Source: a bacterium
GTDB lineage: Bacteria; UBA8248
DNA: 64,000 nucleotides
Reading direction: 5' to 3'
Assembly: GCA_965207065.1 (NCBI GenBank)
Contig: OZ242260.1
Location: 1,536,001-1,600,000 of the forward strand
Numbering within the stretch: position 1 is the first letter of the stretch; every line of letters begins with the position of its first letter. A program made the translations under genes and the position numbers. Under the pieces are notes generated by a model. That model was not told the origin of the DNA, did no database searches, and saw only the letters and a list, made by a program, of their open reading frames with translations. Shown here one piece after another: positions 48,307-58,196 of the stretch.

Positions 48307-49277
48307 GATTTTTTCGCTTCCGCAGCGGGGAGGTCCTCGTCCGCGTCGATGAAGCGCTTTCCCGTCTGGTTGATGAACACGTCCTCGAGCGTGGGCTTGC
48401 CCAGCGTGATGGAGCGCACCTCGCCGGGGAAGGCCTCGGCGATCCTGGGGATGGCCGCGTGGGCGTCGCGCATCTCGACGCGAAGCGATCCGTCCACGCT
48501 CTTCACCTCACAGGAGAACATTTTCTCCAGTTTCTCGCGCAGGATTTCCGGCTCTTGCGCCTCGATGGTCAGCACCTCGCCGCCCACTTCCTTCTTGAGC
48601 GCGTCGGGCGCGCCGATGGCGACGAGGTTCCCCTCGTGGATGACGCCGACGCGGTCCGCGTGGTCGGCTTCCTCGATAAAGTGCGTGGTGAGCACGACCG
48701 TGGTGTTCGTCTCGCTCCTCAGGCGCATGAGCTCGTTTCTGAAGTCGATTCTGGCCCCGGGGTCGAGGCCCGTGCTGGGTTCGTCGAGAAACAGTATCTC
48801 GGGCCGGGGCAGGAGCGCTTTGGCGAGTTCCGCCCTGCGCTGAAGCCCGCCGGAGAGCGTCTCGACGTAATCCTTCTTCCGGTCGCTCAGGCCGAATTGC
48901 GCGAGGAGCGCGTCGGCGGCGTTTCGGAGCGTGCTCCCGAGCATGCCGTGGAGTCTGCCGTGGTGGATCATGTTCTCGAACACAGTGAGCTTGGGGTCGA
49001 GCCCCGGTTGCTGAAAGACGACCCCGATTTTCCTTCGCACCGCATGGGGCGCGTCGCGCACCGAATGGCCGAAGACCTGCGCATCGCCCGAAGTGGGGCG
49101 CATGAGGGTGGTGATGATGCGGAAGAGAGTCGTCTTGCCGCCGCCGTTCGGGCCCAGGAGCGCGAATATCTCGCCCTCTGAAACCTCGAAGCGCACGTCC
49201 TTGAGCGCAGTGCGGCTGCCGTAGCGGTGGGTGACGCCTTCAACGGCGAGAGCGGGGTTCTGATCCAATGCGCTCAT
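48303..49277 (-). CDS. ABC transporter ATP-binding protein
   Basis: GPNGGGKTT, LSGG, LDEPSTGLD, TTH. Confidence 0.95.
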   Translation of the reverse strand: MSALDQNPALAVEGVTHRYGSRTALKDVRFEVSEGEIFALLGPNGGGKTTLFRIITTLMRPTSGDAQVFGHSVRDAPHAVRRKIGVVFQQPGLDPKLTVFENMIHHGRLHGMLGSTLRNAADALLAQFGLSDRKKDYVETLSGGLQRRAELAKALLPRPEILFLDEPSTGLDPGARIDFRNELMRLRSETNTTVVLTTHFIEEADHADRVGVIHEGNLVAIGAPDALKKEVGGEVLTIEAQEPEILREKLEKMFSCEVKSVDGSLRVEMRDAHAAIPRIAEAFPGEVRSITLGKPTLEDVFINQTGKRFIDADEDLPAAEAKKS

Positions 49278-49642
49278 TCCCCATCATCGTCGGGTGAGAG
49301 TTTCCGGTTGAAATAATAGTCCGCGTTCAGCCAGATGGCGCGGGAGTAGCGGAACGAGAATAGCGGAATCAGGATGCAAAGCCCACCCCATATGACGAGC
49401 TGCGCCGCAAGGCCGGGCGCGAGGAATATCTCGGTGAGCAGATAGCCGCCCAGGCAGATGATGATCGTGATGGCGTAGTTGATGTAGATGGCGCCGACGA
49501 AATAGCCCTGCTCACGCTCGAAGAGGTAGCCGCAGCCCGGGCATCGTTCGTGCATGCGGAATGGGCCGGTGAAAAGGGGTTCGGGGCATCTCGGGCATAT
49601 CAGGGCGCACCCGCGTCTTAAGGCGCGCAGGAATTCTCTCAT
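49274..49642 (-). CDS. DUF983 domain protein
   Basis: MREFLRALRRGCALICPRC...CPGCG...EREQGYFVGAIY. Confidence 0.8.
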   Translation of the reverse strand: MREFLRALRRGCALICPRCPEPLFTGPFRMHERCPGCGYLFEREQGYFVGAIYINYAITIIICLGGYLLTEIFLAPGLAAQLVIWGGLCILIPLFSFRYSRAIWLNADYYFNRKLSPDDDGE

Positions 49643-50064
49643 GCCCCCGGGTAGAAGACGTAGAGTATCAAGTAGACCGCGACGCCCGTGAACGAAACAT
49701 AGAGCCAGATGGGGTAGGTCCAGCGGGCGATGCGGCGGTGCCGCTCGAAATCCTCCCGCCACGCCCTGTAGAGGGTGATGACCGCCATGGGCGGCACCAG
49801 GACCGCCAGGGCCGAATGCGTGATGAGGATGATGAAATACACCGGACGAATCCAGCCTGTGCCGGTGAAGCCCACCGAGCCCACGTTGAAGTGGTAGACG
49901 AGATAGGAGATGAGGAATAGAGTGGAGACCGCGAACGCGCTCACCATGAGACGCTTGTGGGCTTCCACGTCTTTGACGTAGATGCGCCTCATCCCCGCCA
50001 TGAGCAGGAATGCGCACGTGAGGTTCAACAAGGCGTTCAGGGTGGGCAGATATCGAAGCGACAT
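49639..50064 (-). CDS. DUF420 domain membrane protein
   Basis: LPTLNALLN, HKRLM, FLISYLVYH, HRRIARWTYPIWLYVS. Confidence 0.9.
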   Translation of the reverse strand: MSLRYLPTLNALLNLTCAFLLMAGMRRIYVKDVEAHKRLMVSAFAVSTLFLISYLVYHFNVGSVGFTGTGWIRPVYFIILITHSALAVLVPPMAVITLYRAWREDFERHRRIARWTYPIWLYVSFTGVAVYLILYVFYPGA

Positions 50065-50110
50065 GAATTATGTATTTTTTATATAACGTCTGGCGTAGGG
50101 TAGGAGCGGC

Positions 50111-50407
50111 CTAAAAATCCGGCAGCACCATCAACACCACGAACACGCACAGCACGAGCGGTATCATGGCGATGAAGCCCAGCGCCACTTTCTCGAACTT
50201 CAGGTGCATGAAGTAAAGCGCCACGAGCACCGCCTTGGCCACGGCCATGCCAACGAGGAGCGCCCCCTTCAAAAGCTGCGGATAGGCGGGACTCGCCTGG
50301 GGGATGCCGGCCAGGACCTCGAGTATCGTGAGCGCCAGGAGCCACCAGAAGATGGCCATGTAGTTCACGTGGTGGTCGTCGTGTTCCGAGTGGCTTGCGC
50401 TCGCCAT
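50111..50407 (-). CDS. Cytochrome c oxidase subunit IV
   Basis: LLALTILE, KAVLVALYFMHLKFE. Confidence 0.9.
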   Translation of the reverse strand: MASASHSEHDDHHVNYMAIFWWLLALTILEVLAGIPQASPAYPQLLKGALLVGMAVAKAVLVALYFMHLKFEKVALGFIAMIPLVLCVFVVLMVLPDF

Positions 50408-50464
50408 GATGTATGTGCTCTCCCTCGAACGAACCGGGCGCGCTCAGGCGCTTGCCCGTGATGA

Positions 50465-51088
50465 TTACAGTAGATAAATGAACGTGAAGACGAGAATCCA
50501 GACGAGGTCCACGAAGTGCCAGTAGAGGCCCGCGATTTCCACCTCGTTCCAGTTCGTCGCCGAATAAACGCCCTTTTGGCCGCGCATCGCGATGACGGCC
50601 AGATAGATGACGCCGCCGGTCACGTGCATCCCGTGGAAGCCCGTGATGATGTAGAAGGTGGTGCCGAAGAGGCTGTCGCCCCACTTGTTGGCCGAAAGGT
50701 GGAGGCCCAAATTGATCAGATGGGTCCACTCATAGGCTTGTAAGGCGAGGAATATGAGTCCGCCGCCTACGGTGAGCCACATGTACTTCACCAGGCCCGC
50801 CTGATCGTCATTTTTGATGGCGTCCAGGCCCTTCACCATGGTGACGCTGCTGCATATGAGCAGGAACGTCATGAACGCGGTGAGCGAAATGCCCAGCACG
50901 TCCACGGGCACCGGCCAGTTCTCGCTGTTGCCCCGCATGATGGCGTAGCCCGCCAACAGGGTCCCGAACGACATGGCGTCGCCCGCCAGAAATACCCACA
51001 TCCCCAGCTTGCCCCAGCTTTCGGGGGTAAGCGGAGTTTCCGCTGGTTCCACTCCGTGGGCGTGATCCACGGCGGCGGCATCAGTCAC
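50465..51088 (-). CDS. Cytochrome c oxidase subunit III
   Basis: KLGMWVFL, LICSSVTM, TGFHGMHV, GLYWHFVDLVW. Confidence 0.93.
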   Translation of the reverse strand: MTDAAAVDHAHGVEPAETPLTPESWGKLGMWVFLAGDAMSFGTLLAGYAIMRGNSENWPVPVDVLGISLTAFMTFLLICSSVTMVKGLDAIKNDDQAGLVKYMWLTVGGGLIFLALQAYEWTHLINLGLHLSANKWGDSLFGTTFYIITGFHGMHVTGGVIYLAVIAMRGQKGVYSATNWNEVEIAGLYWHFVDLVWILVFTFIYLL

Positions 51089-51103
51089 TTCGCCTTCTCC
51101 TTC

Positions 51104-51340
51104 TTATTCAGAAAATATGCCTTTGTTCGCCGGCTCTCTCTTTGCGCGCCGGGAATTGTATACGAAATAACCGCCCGTGACCGTTGCGATCGCGAACGGC
51201 ATGCTGATCAGAAAGCCCATGCTCCAGAGAAAACCAGGCTCCGAGTCCACCCCGCACACCGCGCAGGCGAAGGCGTGATCCTGACTTGAGAGGACGACGC
51301 CAAAGGCTGTGGCGATGAGAATGTAAACGACCGGTTTCAC
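51104..51340 (-). CDS. Small membrane protein with ACxxC motif
   Basis: AAGGAG RBS and GTG start; signal/TM segment, AFACAVCG, second TM segment. Confidence 0.65.
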   Translation of the reverse strand: MKPVVYILIATAFGVVLSSQDHAFACAVCGVDSEPGFLWSMGFLISMPFAIATVTGGYFVYNSRRAKREPANKGIFSE

Positions 51341-51411
51341 CTGATTCTCCTTGAAGCGAGTATGCCACCCGCTTCGGGAAAGTGTCAACGTTTTCAGCGG
51401 TTCCTGCACCG

Positions 51412-52122
51412 CTACAACAGGTAGACCAGATAGAACAGAATCGGCCAAAGCCCAACCACCAGATGCCAGTACATTGCGCATGCGACGACCCCGTTGGGTT
51501 TGCGGGCGGAGTATTTTCCCAGATGCGCGCGAACGAGTACCACGACCAGCCAGACGACCGCGCTCAGCACGTGAACCCCGTGCGTTCCGATGATGGTGTA
51601 GAATAGCGATCCGTAGACGTTCGCCGACGCGGTAAGCCCGAAGCTGACCAGGCGCACCCACTCGTAGCCCTGTATGGCGAGGAAGACGACGCCCAGAACG
51701 CCCGTGATGGTAAGCAGACGCGGCAGGGACTTCGCGTCGCCTCTTTTCAGCGCAAGCTGCGCGCGGACCATCGTGTAGCTGCTGAGCAGCAGGAAGGCCG
51801 TGTTGACGGCGGTGACTTCCACTGGCAGGCGCGGCTGGAATGGCGGCGGCCAGGGCTTTCCGCTGAAGCGAAAGACCAGAAAGGCCCCAATGAGGCCCGA
51901 GAAGAACATGATTTCAGCCGCGATCAAGACCAGCATGGCGAGCTGGGTGTTTCCAAGCAAAGGTTTTCCGGCGGGAGGCGTATCCGGGGAGTCGTCTCCT
52001 CCTCCGTTTCCGTTGCCCCCGTTATCGTCGGGTGGTTCCGGCGGAGGCGGAGGAGGCGCGCCTTCCCATCGCTCCAGTTTTTCTTTCGGAGGCGCATCGA
52101 GTACCGGATTCAACGAGGCCAC
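51412..52122 (-). CDS. Cytochrome c oxidase subunit III (second copy)
   Basis: AAEIMFF, NTAFLLLSS, GTHGVHV, YWHLV. Confidence 0.92.
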   Translation of the reverse strand: MASLNPVLDAPPKEKLERWEGAPPPPPPEPPDDNGGNGNGGGDDSPDTPPAGKPLLGNTQLAMLVLIAAEIMFFSGLIGAFLVFRFSGKPWPPPFQPRLPVEVTAVNTAFLLLSSYTMVRAQLALKRGDAKSLPRLLTITGVLGVVFLAIQGYEWVRLVSFGLTASANVYGSLFYTIIGTHGVHVLSAVVWLVVVLVRAHLGKYSARKPNGVVACAMYWHLVVGLWPILFYLVYLL

Positions 52123-52128
52123 TCCCGT

Positions 52129-52239
52129 CTAGTTCCTGATGATGGCCACGGTCCACGCGAACGCGGCCAGGCACACGATGAAGAGAAAAAGCAAAAGCCC
52201 GGTGAGCCTGATCCTGTTTTTTGTTTGTGGCTTGTCCAT
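52129..52239 (-). CDS. Small single-TM protein (36 aa)
   Basis: MDKPQTKNRIRLTGLLLFLFIVCLAAFAWTVAIIRN, inside the cox operon. Confidence 0.5.
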   Translation of the reverse strand: MDKPQTKNRIRLTGLLLFLFIVCLAAFAWTVAIIRN

Positions 52240-52247
52240 CGGCAGCC

Positions 52248-53138
52248 TCATCCGAATATCATGCCCAGCAGGAGTGCCGGCAGATAAATCAGCGAGAAGT
52301 AGAACAACCGCCTCGCGGACGTAGGGCCTTTTTCCCTCGCCATGTGAACGCCGTAACCGAAATATACGAACCCCAGGATGGTGGAGACCGCGAAATAGGC
52401 GGGGCCGGCCATGCCGATCAGGGCCGGGGCCATTCCTGCGGGAATGAGCGCCATGCAATAGGAGATAACCTGCCTGCCCGTGCTGGCGCCGCCCGGGTCC
52501 TCTACGGGCAGGAGCTTGATGTCCGCTCTCGCGAAATCCTCGCGGTACATGACGGCGATCGCCAGCGCGTGGGGGATCTGCCAGAGGAACATGATGCAGA
52601 ACACCACGAACGCCTCGACCGAGAGCGCGCCCGTGGCCGCCGCCCAGCCGATGACCGGCGGCATGGCGCCCGGAACCGCGCCCACCACGCTGTTGAACGA
52701 GGTCGTTCGTTTTAGCGGCGTATACAGGAAAAGATACAGCCCGCCGGTGGCGGCGATGAGGAGCGCCGTGAAGGGGTTCACGAAAATGGCCAGATAGGCC
52801 ACGCCCAGCAGCATGACGGCGGAGCCGAACAGGAGCGCGTCGAACTTGAGAAGCCGCCCGTCTGGCAGCGGGCGTTTTTGCGTCCGGATCATCCGCGCGT
52901 CAAGGTCTTCTTCGGATGCCTGGTTCAGCGCCAGCGCGCCGCCCGTCGCAAAGGCCGAGCCGATGAGCGTGTGGATGAGCAGGGTAATATCGAGCCCTGC
53001 GCCCGAGGCGAGGTAGAAGCCCGCGGCGGTGACCACCAGCACCATCGGCAGGATGCGCGGTTTCGTGAGTTCCAGGTAATCCACCGCCCTTCGCCTGGCG
53101 GCGTCGAGATTCATCGCCTCGGTGCGGAAATTCGTCAT
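52248..53138 (-). CDS. ctaB: Protoheme IX farnesyltransferase (heme O synthase)
   Basis: YLELTKPR, DARMIRTQKRPLP, YTPLKR, GAVPGAMPP, FLWQIPH. Confidence 0.95.
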   Translation of the reverse strand: MTNFRTEAMNLDAARRRAVDYLELTKPRILPMVLVVTAAGFYLASGAGLDITLLIHTLIGSAFATGGALALNQASEEDLDARMIRTQKRPLPDGRLLKFDALLFGSAVMLLGVAYLAIFVNPFTALLIAATGGLYLFLYTPLKRTTSFNSVVGAVPGAMPPVIGWAAATGALSVEAFVVFCIMFLWQIPHALAIAVMYREDFARADIKLLPVEDPGGASTGRQVISYCMALIPAGMAPALIGMAGPAYFAVSTILGFVYFGYGVHMAREKGPTSARRLFYFSLIYLPALLLGMIFG

Positions 53139-54079
53139 GCGCGCGCGCCTCCCGCCGCAACGGGCGCTTCGGTGTCCTTCAAGGCGAACAGGCCGCTTTT
53201 ATTGAGGCGAAGGGCCACGACGAGCGAGGCCGCGAAGAGCATCGCGCCCACCACGACGTGGGCGGAGGTTATCGCGATGATGAGAACGGGCGTGAAGGCC
53301 TCGCCCATGGCGGCGTATTTCCCGACCCACGAGGCGCCGCCGAGCGCGAGTTGAACGATTAGCAGGACCCACAGGAAGTTCGCCTCTTTCGCCAATGCGC
53401 CGGGATTCGGCAGCTTCAGGGTCTTATAAGAGAGGAGGATGACGTGGATAGTGCTCAACACGGCGAAGAGCAGATGGGCGTCGAGCCTGTTTCCGGTGTG
53501 GCGCAGCACCGCGCCGAAGATAATCTGGACGTATAGCAGCGAAACGGTGATGAGGCCCAGTCTAGCCAGTCCCTTGTCCCCCGTTTCACCTGTATCATCT
53601 CGCCAGCCGCGTGAGGTGAACAATGCCAGGCTCACCATGAGTGCGAAGAAAACTTGCGCGACGCAGGCGTGGACGATGGCCAGGTTGAGTTTGATGAGAA
53701 CCACCCGCATCCCGCCGAGCACGCCCTGTAAAATCACCAGGCCGACGGCGAATGCGCCCAGCCTGCGCATCCATTTACGTTCATTGGCTTTCCAGATGGC
53801 GGCGGCCGTCAGGATGGTGAGAAACCCCACCAGCGAGCCGAGCAGGCGGTGCGAGTGTTCGATGAAAACGCCGCCCACCATCTTCGACCACGGGAAGAGG
53901 AACATGTTGTAGCCGAACGTGTTGGGCCAGTCGGGAACCGCGAGGCCCGAACCCGTGCTCGTCACCAGACCGCCGGCGAGGATGAGCACGACGGTGAAGA
54001 CGCAGGTCAGCAGGGCGAAACGATGGGGCCAGCCTCCCCCATTTTCGGCGGGAAGGCCGGCATGGCGATCAGATGCCAT
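53135..54079 (-). CDS. ctaA: Heme A synthase (COX15/CtaA)
   Basis: SGLAVPDWP, EHSHR, LQGVLGG. Confidence 0.92.
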   Translation of the reverse strand: MASDRHAGLPAENGGGWPHRFALLTCVFTVVLILAGGLVTSTGSGLAVPDWPNTFGYNMFLFPWSKMVGGVFIEHSHRLLGSLVGFLTILTAAAIWKANERKWMRRLGAFAVGLVILQGVLGGMRVVLIKLNLAIVHACVAQVFFALMVSLALFTSRGWRDDTGETGDKGLARLGLITVSLLYVQIIFGAVLRHTGNRLDAHLLFAVLSTIHVILLSYKTLKLPNPGALAKEANFLWVLLIVQLALGGASWVGKYAAMGEAFTPVLIIAITSAHVVVGAMLFAASLVVALRLNKSGLFALKDTEAPVAAGGARA

Positions 54080-54111
54080 GCGCGTTCTCTCCCGGGGTAA
54101 TTGCGGCGGCG

Positions 54112-56085
54112 CTAGTGTCCGGCTTCGGCGAGCGCCGGGTCGATGGGCTCGGTCTGCGGTGCCCAGTCCGCTTCCTCGCCGGGGACGCTGTATTCATAGG
54201 GTCCGCGCTGGACCACCGGCAGCGTGGGGCCGAAGTTCCCGTGCGGCGCCGGCGTGGGAGCCACCCACTCGAGCGTGTTGGCGTCCCAGGGGTTCTGGGG
54301 CGCGTCGGCTCCCAGCGGAGCCATGTTCTTCTCGAGATAGCGGTAGATCCAGACCGCAAGCGCCACGAAGACGATCGTGCCCACGATGCGTCCACCCGTC
54401 GAGGGTACGGGCTCCATCAGGCCCTCGAACATCACCGCCGCGCTCTTGTAGCCGATGAAGCCGACGATGAGAGCCGAGACCGCCTGGGTGAGCACGCGGA
54501 ACCACTTCGCGTTCCAGCGGAAGACGGTGGCGAAGAAGTTGAACACGAAGGGAATCTGCGAGAGCCCCAGCGCAAGCGCCGAGAGGGTGATGATCACGTT
54601 GATCGGCTGCATCCCTTGCAAGAACTCATACTGCATGGGGTTGTAGATGCGCCGCATGTGGCCGCCCACGCCCAGGATGTGCATCGGGAAGAACACCATG
54701 TTGAAGAAGATGAACGTGAGCCAGAAGTGCACCTTGCCCAGCGCTTCGTCCATGGACCTTCCGAACATTTTCGGGAACCAGTGCTGTATTCCGCCAAAGA
54801 GCGCGAATACGCTGCCGCCGAAGATGACGTAGTGGAAATGCGCCACGATGAAGTAGGTGTCGTGTATGTAGATGTCCACCACGTTCGACGCCATGAAGAT
54901 GCCGCTCAGCCCGCCGATGACGAACAGGATGACGAACGCCAGGGCATGGAGCATCGGCACGGTGAAGCGGATCGAACCGCCCCACAGGGTGCCCAGCCAG
55001 TTGAATGTCTTGATCGCCGATGGTATCGCGATGACGAGCGTCGTCATCATGAAGGCCGAACCAAGTGCGGGGTTCATGCCGGACTGGAACATATGGTGGC
55101 CCCAGACGATCCACGAAAGGAAGGCGATGGCGAGCATGGCGTACACCATGGCCCGGTAGCCGAAGATCGGTTTTCTGCAGTAAACGGGCAACAACTCCGA
55201 AGCGATGCCCATGCCCGGAAGTATGAGAATGTAGACTTCCGGGTGCCCGAAGTACCAGAACAGGTGCTGCCAAAGGAGGGGTTCGCCCCCCTTCGCCGGG
55301 TTGAAGAAGTTGGTCTCGAACACGCGGTCGAAGATCATCATCGCGGCCGCGGAGCCCAGAATGGGCAGGGCCAGCAGTCCCAGGATGGCGGTGACGAACA
55401 ATGACCACACGACCAGCGGCACCCGGAACCAGGTCATGCCCTCGGTGCGCATGTTGATGAGCGTGGTGATGTAGTTGATCGAGCCCATGAGCGAAGAGAA
55501 ACTCAGCACGAACAGACTTAATGCCCATAATGTCTGCCCCATGAATACGCCCGTGTATTCCGGAATGGTGGATAACGGCGCGTAGCCTGTCCAGCCGGCG
55601 GCGGCGTGTCCTCCCTCGACCAGGAACCCCGCGCTCATGATGACGGCGCCCAGAACGGCGACCCAGAAGGAAAGCATGTTCAATACCGGGAACGCCATGT
55701 CGCGCGCCCCGATCATCAGCGGGATGAGGAAGTTCCCGAAACAGCCCACCAGTATCGGCATCACGACCAGGAACACCATGATGGTCGCGTGCATGGTGAC
55801 CGCCATGTTGTAGAAGTTCGGCGTGACGTACCCCTCGGGCATGCCTTCGCTCTCGTCCGATATCCATTCTAAGCCCCAGACCTGCGTTTCCGGCCAGGCG
55901 AGTTGCCAGCGGAAGATCAGGGCGAGAATTCCGCCCACGACCATCATGATGAGGCCGAGCCAGAGGAACTGCCTGGCGATCATCTTGTGGTCCAGCGAGA
56001 AGACGTATGTGCTCCAGAACCCACCTTCGTGGTGGTCGTGAGCGCCGTGTGCGTCTGCCGTGGTTTCGCTCATGGTTACCTGCAT
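54112..56085 (-). CDS. ctaD: Cytochrome c oxidase subunit I (type A1)
   Basis: DHKMI, HATIM, GHPEVY, WGHHM, VAHFHY, MRR. Confidence 0.97.
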   Translation of the reverse strand: MQVTMSETTADAHGAHDHHEGGFWSTYVFSLDHKMIARQFLWLGLIMMVVGGILALIFRWQLAWPETQVWGLEWISDESEGMPEGYVTPNFYNMAVTMHATIMVFLVVMPILVGCFGNFLIPLMIGARDMAFPVLNMLSFWVAVLGAVIMSAGFLVEGGHAAAGWTGYAPLSTIPEYTGVFMGQTLWALSLFVLSFSSLMGSINYITTLINMRTEGMTWFRVPLVVWSLFVTAILGLLALPILGSAAAMMIFDRVFETNFFNPAKGGEPLLWQHLFWYFGHPEVYILILPGMGIASELLPVYCRKPIFGYRAMVYAMLAIAFLSWIVWGHHMFQSGMNPALGSAFMMTTLVIAIPSAIKTFNWLGTLWGGSIRFTVPMLHALAFVILFVIGGLSGIFMASNVVDIYIHDTYFIVAHFHYVIFGGSVFALFGGIQHWFPKMFGRSMDEALGKVHFWLTFIFFNMVFFPMHILGVGGHMRRIYNPMQYEFLQGMQPINVIITLSALALGLSQIPFVFNFFATVFRWNAKWFRVLTQAVSALIVGFIGYKSAAVMFEGLMEPVPSTGGRIVGTIVFVALAVWIYRYLEKNMAPLGADAPQNPWDANTLEWVAPTPAPHGNFGPTLPVVQRGPYEYSVPGEEADWAPQTEPIDPALAEAGH

Positions 56086-56175
56086 CCCTCGTAAGTTCGG
56101 TTTATCGGAGGAAAACTCCCGACGACCCGTTCAAGATATGAAAGAGGGCGCGGGCGCCCTCATGAATACAGCCGT

Positions 56176-56844
56176 TTATTTGTCCTTCTCGGCCCAGGCT
56201 TTCTTGCGCCACTTCGCGTAGTCGGCCTCGGAGTGTACGATGAACTCCCCGTTCATGCCGGAGTGCCCGAAGCCGCAGAGCTCCGCGCAGGGGATTTCGT
56301 ATTTGCCCACCTTGGTCGGCGTAAACCACAGCGGAATCGTCCGGCCCGGAACCACATCCTGCTTCATGCGGGTATGAGGTATGAAGAAGCTGTGGATGAC
56401 GTCCGCCCCCTTGAGCGAGATGAGCAACTGCTTGTTGACGGGCACGTTCAACTGGTTGTCGAGCACCAGGTCGTCCTTGGTGCCGAACTTCTTGTCGTCT
56501 CCAGGGTAGCGGACGATCCAGTTGAACTGCTTGCCGGTAACCTCGACGCGCACGTGCGGGTTCTGGGGGATCGCCAGCTTGAGCTTTGCCCAGGAGGTCT
56601 GTGTCATCAGGACGAAGACGAGCAGGATGAGGGTGGGGATCACCGTCCAGAGAATCTCCAGCGTGTTGTTGCCGTGCATGTATTTCGCCTTCACGCCGGG
56701 TTTGGCGCGGTACTTGATGAGGAAATAGATCATCGCGGCGGCGACCATGACGAAGACGACCACCGTCAGGTAGTAGGAGATATAGAAGAGAAAATCGATT
56801 TCCTCTCCTTCGAGAGAAATATTCTCGGGGAGCCAACTCATCAT
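56176..56844 (-). CDS. ctaC: Cytochrome c oxidase subunit II
   Basis: LEILWT, DVIHSF, CuA motif CAELCGFGHSGM; no fused cytochrome c. Confidence 0.95.
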   Translation of the reverse strand: MMSWLPENISLEGEEIDFLFYISYYLTVVVFVMVAAAMIYFLIKYRAKPGVKAKYMHGNNTLEILWTVIPTLILLVFVLMTQTSWAKLKLAIPQNPHVRVEVTGKQFNWIVRYPGDDKKFGTKDDLVLDNQLNVPVNKQLLISLKGADVIHSFFIPHTRMKQDVVPGRTIPLWFTPTKVGKYEIPCAELCGFGHSGMNGEFIVHSEADYAKWRKKAWAEKDK

Positions 56845-57136
56845 GATGAAGCGTATCCTCCGGGCCAAGCCGCGTGCAGGGCGAAGCGCACGGACGCTTC
56901 CCCATAACCGCGAAAAATGTATGGATTCCCTATAACCGCACGGGGAGTCTAAAGGATAAGCGAGAGAGTTTTCAAGCGCGCGCGGGAAAATAATTTGCAT
57001 AGAGGACGGGCTGTTCCCGTCTCCTCGGAGGTGAGACGCCCGGCGCATCCCCCGCCCCTTGACCCTGCTCCCGCCCGGGGGTAGTGTCCCCGTTTTGTTT
57101 GCAAGACGCGCGTCTTGCGGGCTATAAAGGAAGAGC

Positions 57137-57213
<77 letters not shown>

Positions 57214-57228
57214 TTCAAACAAAAGAGT

Positions 57229-57254
57229 CCGGGGCCATGCGCCCCGGCTTTTTT
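57229..57254 (+). terminator. Rho-independent terminator after tRNA
   Basis: CCGGGGC...GCCCCGG followed by T6. Confidence 0.8.
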
Positions 57255-57320
57255 AGGTTGGGGGAGTACATGGCAGCGCAATATATCGTGTGAGGTTAAA
57301 GGCTAGGAAAGGAAAGAGGA

Positions 57321-58196
57321 ATGAAGCGGAGAATAGTGTCGAAATCCGAAAATCACCTTCTTTCGGAATCAGGTGGCAAAATCGAACTCTGGATGACGAA
57401 AAGATTGCGTAATGAGCCAAATGACTCTTGGATGCAAAAAGCACGAACATGTTTACGAAAGCAACTGAAAACCCTCAAAGCAAATTCGGATGAGATAATT
57501 GAAGGAATATACATCTCAAGGGGAGGTGGAGGACATTCCACAGATGTCGACAATGTTCTTTTCTACAATGTTAGAGGAGGCTATTTCAAAGAATCTTCAC
57601 AACATGGCCTTCGGTTTTGTTACTTGGATGAAGACCCTCCGCCGTCGGGACATGCCAAACTTTTCGCTCACTATCAAAGCTACAAATTGGTCAACAAAAA
57701 AGAGGATTTCTCCTTCCTGAGAAAATGCAGGAATGTAGCGAGTTATGAATTCTGTACTATCCCCTCGCAAGACTTAAAGCTGAAAGAGGATATTTGGTGG
57801 GGCTCCATGAATACTAAATGGAACGCGAAGAAGGGAGAGGTTTTGGAGAAGTTCGCCTTGCGCGTTTGCGCACGATATCCGCAGTCTCGTAAGAAACAAT
57901 TTGTCGCATACGATGGAAAAGACGAAGACGTGTTTGACGGCATCGCCTCGGCGATGCACGTTTGGAGCAATGAAAAATGGGTCGATGAAGTCGCCGGTCG
58001 TGTTGCGAACGCCAGGGAGGTTTCCTGTGAGTCCGTTCGTGCGAAACTCCAAAATAAGGCTCATGCCTTTCTTGGTGAAAACAAAAATCAGCGTTGGGAC
58101 CCCGCAGACGACAGATGTGTCGCAGGAGAACACTTTCTCTCTCCCAGCACGGAAGACGAATGGCGCTTCAAGGTTGAAATCCTGGCTGTCGGATAG
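57321..58196 (+). CDS. Hypothetical protein (AT-richer, downstream of tRNA)
   Basis: 291-aa ORF with GAGG RBS; motifs DVDNVLFYN, FDGIASA, WDPADDRCVAGE. Confidence 0.65.
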   Translation: MKRRIVSKSENHLLSESGGKIELWMTKRLRNEPNDSWMQKARTCLRKQLKTLKANSDEIIEGIYISRGGGGHSTDVDNVLFYNVRGGYFKESSQHGLRFCYLDEDPPPSGHAKLFAHYQSYKLVNKKEDFSFLRKCRNVASYEFCTIPSQDLKLKEDIWWGSMNTKWNAKKGEVLEKFALRVCARYPQSRKKQFVAYDGKDEDVFDGIASAMHVWSNEKWVDEVAGRVANAREVSCESVRAKLQNKAHAFLGENKNQRWDPADDRCVAGEHFLSPSTEDEWRFKVEILAVG

